Origin: a virus | Lineage: Duplodnaviria > Caudoviricetes | Reading direction: 5' to 3' (one strand) | Length of the DNA stretch: 41,554 bases | Virus record (IMG/VR): IMGVR_UViG_3300011422_000009 | Coordinates: 1 to 41,554 of that record | In this document: piece by piece, positions 22,901 through 33,195 of the stretch | Position numbering within the stretch: position 1 is the stretch's first letter | Layout of the letters: every line of letters begins with the position of its first letter | The notes under the pieces: generated by a model | What the model saw: only the letters and a program-made list of their open reading frames with translations | What the model was told of the DNA's origin: nothing | Databases searched by the model: none | Made by a program: the position numbers and the translations under genes

Positions 22901-25900
22901 CCTGATGCCGCCACTTTGTTAAGTAAGGTCAAAAGTTTAGAATCAAATTCTGCATAGATACTAGCCGCTGACATCCCAGGAGGTGCATTGATTACGATAG
23001 CACCCGCATCTACTCTTATGTTTGATGTCTTCACTGTATTACCGCCCATCCCAGTTATAGAACCTGGAATTACTTTATCATAGACTCCGCCTTCGCCCCT
23101 GACAGTAGGACTGAATCCGGCAGCAGATGGCCCACCCGTACCAATCCTAACAATCACATCTTCTGGCTTTGGTAGTGCATCTATAATACCTTGCTGCGTT
23201 TCTATCGAATCACCGATTGCTTCTATCGCCTCATTAGTGGTCTTTAGTGCATCTTGTAAAGGCCCAAGATCCTCACCTGTAAAGGCGGCATCAGCGATCT
23301 TTTCCTCGATAATAGCCTTACGAGCATTAGCCCGAAGAAGCTTATCTTCCAATAAATACTTTTTATGTTCCTCAAGCGCAATAGCAGTTGCACGATTCTC
23401 AGCTTCCTGCCAAGCAGAATTAGCGAAGTTAAGATCAATCATTCGTTGATTGTGCGCCGTATTCAAAGCAGTGAGTTCTGCCGTAGCATGTTCACCAATT
23501 TGCGTAATACGTTCACCATGCACCCGATTCATCTCCAAGAGTTGTGCATTGTGATGGGTTTCATCCTTACCCAACCGTATCCCACGATCAATATCTTCTT
23601 CTGATTGCCTAAGAATATGAGCATCCTTCATATCCTGCAAGCGTTCAGCATCCTCAAGCCCTTGTTCTTCCAATCGATCTGCGGCAGCAGCTTGTTGATC
23701 TGCAAGTTGTAGAGCATGAGCTTCATTAGCATCTGCTACACGTTCCAGATGCGCTTTGTTTTGCTCTTCGATTTCTTCTTTAAGATTTTCCTGTATCTCG
23801 GCCAGCAACTTATCTTGAGCTTCTTTGTTTTCTACAAGTTGCTCATCTAACTTTTCTTTTTCCTTCTCAACTGCTATCTTCTTATCTTCTTCTGCTTGCC
23901 GTTGCTTTCTTGCAAAATCACGTTGTTCTTGGTATACGGCAGCAGCATCTAATCTAGAAGCAGCATCTAGGATGGCATCATTATGATCCTCTGCCGCCCT
24001 TTTCTGTTGCTTCTTAAAATCTTCTTCAATTTCCAAGATGCGTTTGGCAGAGTCTTCACGAGCTTCAAGTTGCTTCTCATTAAAGTCTTCAATAGCATCT
24101 TCGGTTCGCTTACGAGCTTGCTTATTAGCATCTGCTATGCTTTCCTGAAGATCTTCAGCATACTCTGCAAGTCTACGATTATGATCCCTGGTCATCCTAG
24201 CTATATCATCAGCTAAGTCTTCCTGAGCTTTTAATCTATCCTTCGCCATATCTTGTTCGGCTCTGGCGAGATCGGCAGCAAAGTGTGCGTTATCACGAGC
24301 ACGCTTCCTAGCAAAGTCAGCCGCTTCCTCAGAAACCTGTTCCTGATAGTCTCGTTCTACTCTAGCCCGTTCCCTAAAGTAGCTACGATTCTCATCCAGT
24401 ATAGCTTGATCAGCATCAGCCGTGATTCTTCTTCGTTCCGCAGCAAAAGATACCATTTCATCTATCTGGTCTGCTGTTGGTCCCACATCACGAGTACTCC
24501 CTGTGGGATCTGGTCCAGAATAGTCCAGATTAAGACCTTGCTCCATGACTCGTGCTGCGTTCAGAGCAATCACAGAGTTGGTAGCCGCCTTGAGCATTAC
24601 GTTCACTTCTGCAAATTCTTGCGCTATCCTCTCGGCTGTAGGCTCAATCCCCAACATTGCTGTACTGAACTTCCCTGCTTCCATATTAGCTTTCGTCATC
24701 TCCAAGCCTAGCTGGATTGATCTGGCTTGTCCTAGACTATGACGATTCTTATCATCTTTTCCCCAAATCCCACCTTCTACATCCCCCATACGTGTAAATT
24801 GATCAGGAGATTTTCTATTTATTTCATCGAAGAACTCGGTTGCTGATTCTGCAGCAATCGTAAATCTTTTAGCCAGAAAATCTATTGGCCCACCAACGCT
24901 CTCTGAGATCGCTAAACCAAGATTATCATAAGCCGCAGCAAGTCTTTCTACTTCTGTAGCTTGTCCTGCCGCACTATCGGCAAGAGCACCATAACGTTCC
25001 ATAGCATGATCTAGTACCGCATTTTGATAGGCTTGCTGTTTTGTGAGAGAACTATTAGCCGCCATCAACTCGTTAGTTTTCTTGCGTACTACATCATATT
25101 GTAAGCCTAACTGATCTAGACGCTGTCCACGTTGCGTGAACATCTCTAATATCAAGTCATTCTCTACTGCATCTTGCGGTCTACCTGTAGCTAATGAAAT
25201 ACCACGAATGGATTTAGCCGCTTGCTCAATTTCTTTTGCGCTATCGGCAAAGCCTACACTAAGTAATTTTGTGACGCCTTCCAGTTGCTGCTGCTTACTG
25301 AGAACACCACCAGTGGCTTCCGAATATACTTGCAGTAGTTCATTAACTTCCCCTTGACTACCAGCTAGACTCCTTGCCGCTACAGCTTGACGAGAATAGG
25401 CGGCGGTTACTGTATCGGCAGCAGCAGCCGCATCCGTAAGATTCTTTACAACGGCTGTGATCTGCCCTACAATCGCACCCCCTGCAAAGCTCCCCGCACC
25501 TAATCCAACTAAGCCACCCAACAGTCCGGCCCCACCACCCCCACCTAACGCCTTACCAACCGTACCCAAACCCTGCAAAAGTCCGCTAGTACCCCATGCC
25601 GCACCCCAACCGCCTTGACCGCCGCCTTGCCTTGCTGTGCGTCCCGCTTGCCTCTGTTGCAGCAACATCATACGGTTCTGTTGCTGGAACGCTGCCATCG
25701 CAATACGTTGCTGATGATTCTGCGATGATAGATTCGCTGCCGCAGCCGCTTGAGCAGCTTTGCTATTGGAGCTTATGATCGCAGCTTGTACCTTGCCCGT
25801 TGCTGTCACAGCCGCTTGGATTTGCTTCTGTGCCGCTACTGCAACTTTCGCATTAGCTGTGTGTGCCGCTTGCGAAGCCTTTGATGCTTGCATCTGCTGT

Positions 25901-26361
25901 TGATGCACAATCATCGAGCTTTGCAAGATTTGCTTGTTAGCAGTAATCGTGTTACTTACACGGATTGCCGTATTCGCTTTATTGGTCTGAGTAAGACGCT
26001 TTTGATGTTGTTCCAGTTTAACTAGAGCTTGCTCAGATAAATCTATCTTTATCTTAGCTTCTGCTCTAGCAACAGAAACATCTACACCTTTCTTGGTTTC
26101 AGCCCGAATGATACGGGTTCTAGAATCTGCTTGTGCTTTGGCCGTCGCCGCTTTTAGCTGCTCAAGATTACTACGAGCATTGGCAACCATCACAGACAAA
26201 CTTTGGGACACCAGCTTTATTGAAGCATCGGCATCCTTCATACTTGCCTTGACGCTCTGACCTAAAGCCGTCATGTCAATGATGGCTTTTTTAGAGTCAG
26301 AAGTGTCAATTATAAATTTGATTTCGGGATTGTCGCCACTACCGCCAGGAAGATCGCTCAT
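22897..26361 (-). CDS. tape measure protein
   Basis: 1154 aa, A/Q/E-rich helical sequence with a Gly-rich hydrophobic segment, after the tail chaperones. Confidence 0.88.
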   Translation of the reverse strand: MSDLPGGSGDNPEIKFIIDTSDSKKAIIDMTALGQSVKASMKDADASIKLVSQSLSVMVANARSNLEQLKAATAKAQADSRTRIIRAETKKGVDVSVARAEAKIKIDLSEQALVKLEQHQKRLTQTNKANTAIRVSNTITANKQILQSSMIVHQQQMQASKASQAAHTANAKVAVAAQKQIQAAVTATGKVQAAIISSNSKAAQAAAAANLSSQNHQQRIAMAAFQQQNRMMLLQQRQAGRTARQGGGQGGWGAAWGTSGLLQGLGTVGKALGGGGGAGLLGGLVGLGAGSFAGGAIVGQITAVVKNLTDAAAAADTVTAAYSRQAVAARSLAGSQGEVNELLQVYSEATGGVLSKQQQLEGVTKLLSVGFADSAKEIEQAAKSIRGISLATGRPQDAVENDLILEMFTQRGQRLDQLGLQYDVVRKKTNELMAANSSLTKQQAYQNAVLDHAMERYGALADSAAGQATEVERLAAAYDNLGLAISESVGGPIDFLAKRFTIAAESATEFFDEINRKSPDQFTRMGDVEGGIWGKDDKNRHSLGQARSIQLGLEMTKANMEAGKFSTAMLGIEPTAERIAQEFAEVNVMLKAATNSVIALNAARVMEQGLNLDYSGPDPTGSTRDVGPTADQIDEMVSFAAERRRITADADQAILDENRSYFRERARVERDYQEQVSEEAADFARKRARDNAHFAADLARAEQDMAKDRLKAQEDLADDIARMTRDHNRRLAEYAEDLQESIADANKQARKRTEDAIEDFNEKQLEAREDSAKRILEIEEDFKKQQKRAAEDHNDAILDAASRLDAAAVYQEQRDFARKQRQAEEDKKIAVEKEKEKLDEQLVENKEAQDKLLAEIQENLKEEIEEQNKAHLERVADANEAHALQLADQQAAAADRLEEQGLEDAERLQDMKDAHILRQSEEDIDRGIRLGKDETHHNAQLLEMNRVHGERITQIGEHATAELTALNTAHNQRMIDLNFANSAWQEAENRATAIALEEHKKYLLEDKLLRANARKAIIEEKIADAAFTGEDLGPLQDALKTTNEAIEAIGDSIETQQGIIDALPKPEDVIVRIGTGGPSAAGFSPTVRGEGGVYDKVIPGSITGMGGNTVKTSNIRVDAGAIVINAPPGMSAASIYAEFDSKLLTLLNKVAASG

Positions 26362-26739
26362 TAGTTTGGCTTATACTCCCATTTCTTAACACCGCTACCT
26401 TGCTGTCCGGCCAGAGCCAAAACAGTAGCAAGACCCTCCCCTGAGAATGGATCATTGCTACGCTTCTTAGCTTCTTCTTCTTTGTCCATTGGAAGCTTGA
26501 ACTTATCATCTAGTAATTGATGAATCGTATACTTTTGCTTCCATTCCTTCTTGTCACCCATCCCTACTTCTATACGTTCATGTACGGCATTCTCAATTAC
26601 ATTACCAAAGGTCACAACGGCAGCATCGAATAGATAAGCTACCAAAGGATCTTTAACGCCTAGAAGATCAGACGGTCGGCTGTGGGTCTGCTGCACCGTT
26701 TGCCACAACGTCCACATCTGACGGCGGTTGGTAACGAAA
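26361..26739 (-). CDS. tail assembly chaperone, downstream (GT-like) segment, probably reached by frameshift
   Basis: Overlaps the upstream chaperone in the +1 frame, has no clear RBS, and lies just before the TMP. Confidence 0.6.
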
Positions 26740-27150
26740 CCTGGACAATGCTTCGGAAGGTGCGAACACCAGCCGGAAGATGTAAGCACGATCAGCTATT
26801 TCAATGTCATCAATACTTATTTCATTGTCCAGAGTTGGATTATCTACAACCTTCGGTTCCACCATTCCGGCCACACACACTACACGTAAGGATTCCAGCA
26901 TGTCTGCTGCCGCATCGGGCGTTTCGTTCTCGGTCAAGAATCGCTGAAACTTATCTTCATCACCCTTGTCATATATCATCTCTAAGACAAGTGTAGATAA
27001 CACTTGCGGTATCTTACCCAACTTTAGAAGCTGATCCGGCAACACGGTACGAATCCTTACGATGTAACCGCTATAGGGGAGTTGAATTAACTCCCCTTGC
27101 TCACGCTTCTTACGCCACTCTAATCCTGAACTTACGGGCAAAGTTTCCAT
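26668..27150 (-). CDS. tail assembly chaperone (G-like)
   Basis: Start moved to METLPV (27150), just after the major tail stop. Canonical syntenic position. Confidence 0.75.
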   Translation of the reverse strand: METLPVSSGLEWRKKREQGELIQLPYSGYIVRIRTVLPDQLLKLGKIPQVLSTLVLEMIYDKGDEDKFQRFLTENETPDAAADMLESLRVVCVAGMVEPKVVDNPTLDNEISIDDIEIADRAYIFRLVFAPSEALSRFRYQPPSDVDVVANGAADPQPTV

Positions 27151-27152
27151 GA

Positions 27153-27722
27153 TTAGGGGTTCGCCACGATTCCAGCGGGCGGGAACGCTGTAATAGGCAC
27201 ATCGGTTGGATGCGTGATTACATTGATAGAACCCCAACTGGCATCATCCACCACTTGCATTGTGACTTCAGGGATGGTGAACGTACCGTATTCCATCTGC
27301 GCCAGCGTGAAGCCGCTAAGGATTTTGCACTTCGGCAGAAACAGCCAGGTATCTCCAGCTTCCGCTGAAAGTGCTTTTAGGATGATCCCAACATAAGGCA
27401 TCTTCTGACCACCACCAATGCGTAGACTCTTAATACTGGCAGAAGTAGCGATGCTTTTTCCAGTTAAGATACCAAGTGTATCTAGATTCAAACCACCCCA
27501 ACGCATCTGTAACGTACCGCCAATCGCATTTGCTGCGATGGCAGTTTGGGTATCATCACCCGTTAGAATGGCAGAGATGATTTCCATCGCCACCGAACCC
27601 ATCTGGATGGACATGATGTCACTTCCAGAGGGAGGATTGTACGTCGGAGGGCTTCCTGCTTGCCAAGTAGAAATTTTTGCATCATTAAGACCGTATTGTG
27701 GTGCTCCCTGATCGAACGGCAT
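27153..27722 (-). CDS. major tail (tube) protein
   Basis: AGAGGAAG RBS, 189 aa, beta-rich, upstream of the chaperones and TMP. Confidence 0.8.
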   Translation of the reverse strand: MPFDQGAPQYGLNDAKISTWQAGSPPTYNPPSGSDIMSIQMGSVAMEIISAILTGDDTQTAIAANAIGGTLQMRWGGLNLDTLGILTGKSIATSASIKSLRIGGGQKMPYVGIILKALSAEAGDTWLFLPKCKILSGFTLAQMEYGTFTIPEVTMQVVDDASWGSINVITHPTDVPITAFPPAGIVANP

Positions 27723-27723
27723 C

Positions 27724-28128
27724 TTATTCTTCCTCTCCTAATGTTACAAGACCCAACCTTGCGATTCTCTTCAAAGATTGCAATATTCTTGGTCCCCAGA
27801 AATCTTTTGCGGGAACTAGAATAGAGTAACGTCCTTGATGTGCTAATTCCAACCAGATAGTATAGTGTAAAGATGGATCGTGCTGTAGCACAATCGTACC
27901 AATGGGACCGCTAGTAGGATCTACCCAAGCCTTCAAACCTTGTCTGGCTTTTGTAGTTCTGTCCTTCCAAGGAGCATTATCCTTTGCCCATTGCTCCATT
28001 TCTGCTGCTTGCCGTATCGCTACATTCCTACCTGACTGGAAAGTTGCTTGCAAGAATAGTTCTGTGGTCTCCCCCATTCTGGTAAGGGAAGCTGGATTCT
28101 TTACGTATACCCCTGATTGATTCGCCAT
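27724..28128 (-). CDS. HK97 gp10-like neck/tail-completion protein
   Basis: Motifs AKDNAPWKDRT..ARQGL and Y.IWLELAH.GRY.IL.PA. Confidence 0.8.
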   Translation of the reverse strand: MANQSGVYVKNPASLTRMGETTELFLQATFQSGRNVAIRQAAEMEQWAKDNAPWKDRTTKARQGLKAWVDPTSGPIGTIVLQHDPSLHYTIWLELAHQGRYSILVPAKDFWGPRILQSLKRIARLGLVTLGEEE

Positions 28129-29176
28129 CTAATACTCCCTCATCGTGCAATAACTCTATCATTCCGGCGGCAGCATCCTGCCAAGTCTGATTGCCAGATA
28201 ACCACGCTCTTGCCTTCTTGCCCCTGGTCAAAGCCTGATCAGGTTCATTGTAGCAATAGAGCATTGCATCTGCTAATCGTTGGATATCGGCTATCATCCA
28301 TTCCCCGCAAGATCTACTTCCTCTCCTGCCAGGAGGGATTGGTGTCATCTTACCACCACCCACGATGTAAGCCCACTTATCCAAATGACCGTCGTCCATG
28401 CCGGAGAACTTCTGCGTAAGAACTTCCAATCCCATCATAGCTGCTTCACGGTGCGGCATCCCCCATCCCTCACATCTCGAGGGAATGGCGAAGCAATCAC
28501 CTTTGTTAAAGAAGTCAGACATATCATCATAGATGTTACGCTCAACAGATATCCTAGGATCCATGTCTTTTGCCCTAGCAATAAGATCCACTATACGATT
28601 GCTCTTGGGCAAGCTCTTGATGATTAAACGTACATCCTTTATCCCATCTGTCTTGCTGCCGAAGGCTTTGTAGAAGGCATAATATACTTCCTGCCATCCT
28701 TTACGATCCCCTCTGTCAGACAGAGCTAGGAACGTATAAGGTCGTGAATTATCTACCGTCCTCATAGGAAATTCTTCAGGATCTGTTCCTAACGGCACAA
28801 CCTTAATAGGAATCTTAACACCACTATCTTCATATACATCCTTACAAAACTGCGACGGCACAAGAATAAGCTCTACGCCACATTTATGGATTGCCTTGAC
28901 TAAGGCTTTGGATATTTGACTTCCCTCACACATCGTATAGAGCCAGTGTTTCCCTTTAACTTTAGGAACATTAAAAGGTTGATGACAGGTGATCGAAAGA
29001 TTATTCCAATCTACCCGCATCTGATCTAGCATCCATTTAGGTTTCTCAGTATCCTCTACGGTTATCGGCAGCACATCCAATCCAAACTCTTGCATCTGCT
29101 TCACTAAGCGTGCCGAGAATCTACCGTAGCCATCATAGTGTGCGTAATAACTAATCCAGTTAATCGTCATGCCCAT
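28028..29176 (-). CDS. GT-B fold glycosyltransferase (GT4-like)
   Basis: Motifs DGYGR, VPSQFCKDVY, RKGWQE and D.FAIPSRCEGWGMPHREAAMMG (ExxG-x3-E). Confidence 0.9.
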   Translation of the reverse strand: MGMTINWISYYAHYDGYGRFSARLVKQMQEFGLDVLPITVEDTEKPKWMLDQMRVDWNNLSITCHQPFNVPKVKGKHWLYTMCEGSQISKALVKAIHKCGVELILVPSQFCKDVYEDSGVKIPIKVVPLGTDPEEFPMRTVDNSRPYTFLALSDRGDRKGWQEVYYAFYKAFGSKTDGIKDVRLIIKSLPKSNRIVDLIARAKDMDPRISVERNIYDDMSDFFNKGDCFAIPSRCEGWGMPHREAAMMGLEVLTQKFSGMDDGHLDKWAYIVGGGKMTPIPPGRRGSRSCGEWMIADIQRLADAMLYCYNEPDQALTRGKKARAWLSGNQTWQDAAAGMIELLHDEGVLDGESIRGIRKESSFPYQNGGDHRTILASNFPVR

Positions 29177-29658
29177 CGCAACTTTCGTGTGATGTAATCT
29201 GAACGCATCATGGAAGCTCCGTTCAAACTACCTGGATCAGTAAGAAGACCTGTTGTATACATCCAGTTGATTGGATAGTAATCTGGAAACTTATGATTCT
29301 GTAACAAAGTAAATAGAAAGTTATCCATTACTTCGATAAGATCATAACCTACCCATTGATACATCCAAAATTCTACTACCCTGGTTAATCCAATTACACG
29401 TTCTTCAGGATCCATGATAGCAGGATTAGGGATTGGTGAACGGGCTTTGATAATAAGGATCGGCAGCAAATAGCCATCAACATCATAAGCTGCGGGTGTA
29501 GAATCACGGTGTATACCTTGATGCCCTAATGAGCTAAAGGCGTAGATACCACCAGTAGCGATAGCGACTAGCGCAGCATCACCTTGCAGATAGTTTAAGA
29601 ACATACCCTCAATGGTAATGGGTGGAGCTATGATATTAGGAGTTGGTATTGCGCTCAT
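29167..29658 (-). CDS. tail terminator-like protein
   Basis: Start at MSAIPT. L..DAALVAIATGGIY pattern and syntenic position. Confidence 0.6.
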   Translation of the reverse strand: MSAIPTPNIIAPPITIEGMFLNYLQGDAALVAIATGGIYAFSSLGHQGIHRDSTPAAYDVDGYLLPILIIKARSPIPNPAIMDPEERVIGLTRVVEFWMYQWVGYDLIEVMDNFLFTLLQNHKFPDYYPINWMYTTGLLTDPGSLNGASMMRSDYITRKLRWA

Positions 29659-29809
29659 TATCCCCATCCAGCATAGCTTGTACAAAAGCAATAAGATCCT
29701 TGATATACTTATCCGTAACTACAAAGCCATAATCCCGCTCTATCTTTTCACGGATAAGATCTATATCCTTACTCTCCACTAAGATCTCTAGCTTCTGCCG
29801 TTTCGCCAT
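29636..29809 (-). CDS. small hypothetical protein
   Basis: Start MAKRQK is TAATG-coupled to the upstream stop. Confidence 0.55.
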   Translation of the reverse strand: MAKRQKLEILVESKDIDLIREKIERDYGFVVTDKYIKDLIAFVQAMLDGDNERNTNS

Positions 29810-30192
29810 TATCCAGTAGCTTCCCAAACACCTTGAATCTCACCTCTGGTCGTAATAACATCTACACACTTGTACTCATCACCTTCATATACAAACACAT
29901 AACCTTCCTTCATATCAGTATTTGGTAATGTAGGATGGTTCTTAATGCCGTATATAATGACCTTGCGTACAGGTGCGCTTCCTGCTGTGCTTTCTCCAGG
30001 TGTTGCCGTGTTGTCACTCTCAATCCTTACGGTTTGCGAAGCGAGTCTTGTACCATTGGGAGTACGGAATACTGCCTGAGATGGTCTTGCGGAGATCCTC
30101 CGCAATGCCTCTGCCGCTTTCATCCCAGTATCGATCTCGTTCGATCTCGTAGTTTTGGATAGCTTCGAAATCCAGGTCGAGAGATCTACCAT
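29809..30192 (-). CDS. head closure / stopper-like protein
   Basis: Beta-rich C-terminus (DMKEGYVFVYEGDEYKCVDV), located after the adaptor. Confidence 0.6.
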   Translation of the reverse strand: MVDLSTWISKLSKTTRSNEIDTGMKAAEALRRISARPSQAVFRTPNGTRLASQTVRIESDNTATPGESTAGSAPVRKVIIYGIKNHPTLPNTDMKEGYVFVYEGDEYKCVDVITTRGEIQGVWEATG

Positions 30193-30569
30193 ACATAGCC
30201 TCTTGGATATTCTTTAACTCTAGGAGGGTTCTGCATAGGCTTCCCGGATCTGACCGCTCCCGCTTCGGCGGAGACGGCGTCCTCAAGCAAGTTCTCCCAT
30301 CTACGCAGTTCACGCACGAGATGATCGTATCTTTGGGATGCTTTCTCGGTTGTGTTGTTCTGCGTATAATCTACTTCATTAGCCGCTTGCATCACCATGC
30401 GCCGCAACGTTATCACGCGAGTGCTAATCAAGATAGAAGTAGGATCACCAAACCTCTCCCCTGCTTCTACGAAGATAGCATCTATGGTTGCATCAGATAG
30501 CGAGAGAACGTCATCCGGCGCAAAGCCTACATCCATACGAAGCCGTTGCTGCTCTAGTGCTGTAGCCAT
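30186..30569 (-). CDS. head-tail adaptor
   Basis: First gene after the capsid gene, helical, LRMDVG...LSDATID pattern. Confidence 0.65.
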   Translation of the reverse strand: MATALEQQRLRMDVGFAPDDVLSLSDATIDAIFVEAGERFGDPTSILISTRVITLRRMVMQAANEVDYTQNNTTEKASQRYDHLVRELRRWENLLEDAVSAEAGAVRSGKPMQNPPRVKEYPRGYVW

Positions 30570-30577
30570 ATGTCCTC

Positions 30578-31588
30578 TTAGACAGGCCAGGTAATCTCTT
30601 CAACGGAACGCAGCGGATTGGCATAGATCCCCAACCACACATCCCATACGATTTGATCCATAATGAAGCGGCTCACATCAGCGTTACCTTGTGCTGATTC
30701 TAGCGGTTGCTTCACCAGAGAAACAAAGTCATCCGAGCGATACGTGGTGCTGATGAGGTAAGATTTGCCAAGCGTCACCCCAGGATAGGTAACTGTCTTC
30801 TTACCACGAGTACCAGACCAGCCACTATACCCGATGACCGCCCCGATCTGTGAGGAAGCCGATGAATCCAGCGCAAAGCCTTCCTGCGGTACACGATTCA
30901 ACATACGTTGGATCATGAACATCTGTGCAGGATGACACAAGAGTACATACGGGCCTGGTCGTGGATTCACGGTGTCAGCTTGTGCCGCCACAATTGCGCT
31001 TTCCAAAGTAAGGAACCAATCTTCAGTCGTCGTAACACCTGTCGTCACGGCAGCAGATTGGTTGGCAGCAAGATACGTATAGTTCAGGATTGGCTGCAAG
31101 TGCATGTGATTGAGCAGCGCATTGTGCGCTTCCCCAACAGCACGCTCGATGCGAGCAATCTGCCAAAGCTGATTGAACATCATCAGCTTCTTGCTATACT
31201 CTAGCCCAACGCCGAACTGACGTTGTGAAACAGATACTTCCGCTGTGGTGATGTGTCCAAACTTAACTTCACCACCTTCGAAGACTTCCTCGAATACGAA
31301 GCCACCTGGCCCCCAATTCTTAAGATTAAGGGTTTCCGGCAGCGAACTATCTACGATGATGTCATAGATTGGTTCGTATACTGTAGGAACACGAGTACGG
31401 CCAGCATTAACTTCGTAGGTAATGCGGGTGTACCAGTCGGCAGCAAAATCATCTGAGCCAATGAACTCATAAACTGTCTGTCCATTGACACGCACTTCCT
31501 TGAGGCTTTTGCCGAGATCAAAGCCCTTCTCAAATTGATAATACGGTAGCTCCTTGCGAGCATTAGCCCCGTTGTAGATTACGCCCAT
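30578..31588 (-). CDS. major capsid protein
   Basis: 336 aa, strong RBS, downstream of the scaffold and cement genes. EEVFEGGEVKFG-type HK97-fold segment. Confidence 0.85.
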   Translation of the reverse strand: MGVIYNGANARKELPYYQFEKGFDLGKSLKEVRVNGQTVYEFIGSDDFAADWYTRITYEVNAGRTRVPTVYEPIYDIIVDSSLPETLNLKNWGPGGFVFEEVFEGGEVKFGHITTAEVSVSQRQFGVGLEYSKKLMMFNQLWQIARIERAVGEAHNALLNHMHLQPILNYTYLAANQSAAVTTGVTTTEDWFLTLESAIVAAQADTVNPRPGPYVLLCHPAQMFMIQRMLNRVPQEGFALDSSASSQIGAVIGYSGWSGTRGKKTVTYPGVTLGKSYLISTTYRSDDFVSLVKQPLESAQGNADVSRFIMDQIVWDVWLGIYANPLRSVEEITWPV

Positions 31589-31628
31589 TTCTTCCTCTCC
31601 TATAAAACTATTGTGAATGAGTTGCGAA

Positions 31629-32009
31629 CTACGAAGCTAATGAGTTGGCAGCGAGCAATCTACCAATCACAACATTGTTGGCGTCTTTGGCTTCCATCGC
31701 CTTGAAGAACGCCACGATCCCTGCTCCTGGAGCAAGAACATACGCTGCATCCTGCGGAGTGTGACCAGTCACCGAAGCCAGTGTAAGATACACGATGGTT
31801 CCCTTCGGTACGGCCAGCGCAGCAGGAACAGTAATCTGATAGGCACGATCATCAATAGCAATGGCAATAGTTTCACCGATTGCCCCTGCACTTTCAGCGA
31901 TACCTACCCATCCTTGTGCGACTACAACTTGCCCCTTAGCGACCGCAGCCGTAAGAGTGACATTGACAGCCTTGCCATCATTGTCAAAGTATGAAAGTAA
32001 TCCGGACAT
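31629..32009 (-). CDS. capsid cement/decoration protein (DUF2190-like)
   Basis: DGKAVNVT..AAVAKGQVVVA.G.VGIA...GAIGE pattern, located between scaffold and capsid. Confidence 0.75.
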   Translation of the reverse strand: MSGLLSYFDNDGKAVNVTLTAAVAKGQVVVAQGWVGIAESAGAIGETIAIAIDDRAYQITVPAALAVPKGTIVYLTLASVTGHTPQDAAYVLAPGAGIVAFFKAMEAKDANNVVIGRLLAANSLAS

Positions 32010-32044
32010 TTTTCTTCTCTCCCTGTATCTATTGAACTACCGTT

Positions 32045-33187
32045 CTAGTTGCTTGCCGCATTCTGTGAGGGTGGAAGAACAAACCATTTGCCCTTCATCT
32101 TCGGGTCTGTTCCTGCCGTAGTCCCACTTTGGTTCTGAATAGGTGTGGTCTGGTTTGGCCCCATGCTCTCTTGCAATGCCAGATCAAGAGCTTTCTTCAC
32201 TGAAGGCTTTTCCAAGACTTCAGCGTAAGCCTTCTCTGCATCTGCCACTGTGAGCGGATTCTTGGCTTCCACCATGTCGATGACCATTTCCCGCACAGCC
32301 TCAATCTTGATTGCCTTGTCGCCCGTAGTAGCCATCTCAGTAATACGGGATGATACCGCTGCTTTCTCACGAGCAGCGTCCTTTGCCTGGATGCTTTTTA
32401 CCGCATCCAAGATGTTCCCGTCTGTCAAGCCAAGAGCTTCCTTGATTTCCTTAGAGTACTCTTGGATGATAGCGGCACGAACTGATTCCGGCAGCACACT
32501 AGCATCTGCTGCTGTCATCTCCAACATGGCTTGCTTCTTTTCTTCTTCTGTCACTTTCTTACTCTCCTTGATTGGTCTAACAACAATGATGCCACTTTGT
32601 GTAGCCATCTCTTGTGTTAGCAACGGTACGGCAGACAGATCCGATATTCCTGCTCTATCAGCGGGTGCAATATCAATCTGATTAAGCACCAACGTAGAGG
32701 CTATCATCTTGTAAGCCCCCAACTGCTCACTCCAGACGCCATCACCTCTAGCGTCTATACTGGTAGCAATCTTCTTCTGAGTTGCACGATACCTCTGCAA
32801 CCTGTTACGGCTATCACCCGAAGGCACATAGCCCTTTCCTATAAGATATTCCTTGACTCGCATTGTACCAATCCAATGCACAGCTTCGGCAGGGAAAGCA
32901 AAAGCACGATCACTTTCAGAAAGATGCCCCATCAATCCTATGGGCTTGTTATCACGAACTTGCTTTTCCAATTCGGTAATGAAGGCTTCATCGTAGAACC
33001 TTTGGTTCCCTGATTTAGCATTTGCTTTACCGATTGGTAATGTGACGAAGATAGGTTTATCTTCTCCGCCTGTAAGTTCCCTGAGGTCAATGTCCCTGAA
33101 AATAGGCACTTCAGGAAATGCACCTGTGAACTCCGAGATGAGCAAAGTATCATGAAAACTTCCCTTGAGCTCTTCTCCATCTTCCAT
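32045..33187 (-). CDS. prohead protease / scaffold fusion
   Basis: N-terminal SGNQRFY...MGH...TSI...ID protease-like domain and a helical A/E/K-rich C-terminal scaffold. Confidence 0.75.
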   Translation of the reverse strand: MEDGEELKGSFHDTLLISEFTGAFPEVPIFRDIDLRELTGGEDKPIFVTLPIGKANAKSGNQRFYDEAFITELEKQVRDNKPIGLMGHLSESDRAFAFPAEAVHWIGTMRVKEYLIGKGYVPSGDSRNRLQRYRATQKKIATSIDARGDGVWSEQLGAYKMIASTLVLNQIDIAPADRAGISDLSAVPLLTQEMATQSGIIVVRPIKESKKVTEEEKKQAMLEMTAADASVLPESVRAAIIQEYSKEIKEALGLTDGNILDAVKSIQAKDAAREKAAVSSRITEMATTGDKAIKIEAVREMVIDMVEAKNPLTVADAEKAYAEVLEKPSVKKALDLALQESMGPNQTTPIQNQSGTTAGTDPKMKGKWFVLPPSQNAASN

Positions 33188-33195
33188 AGCCCCTC

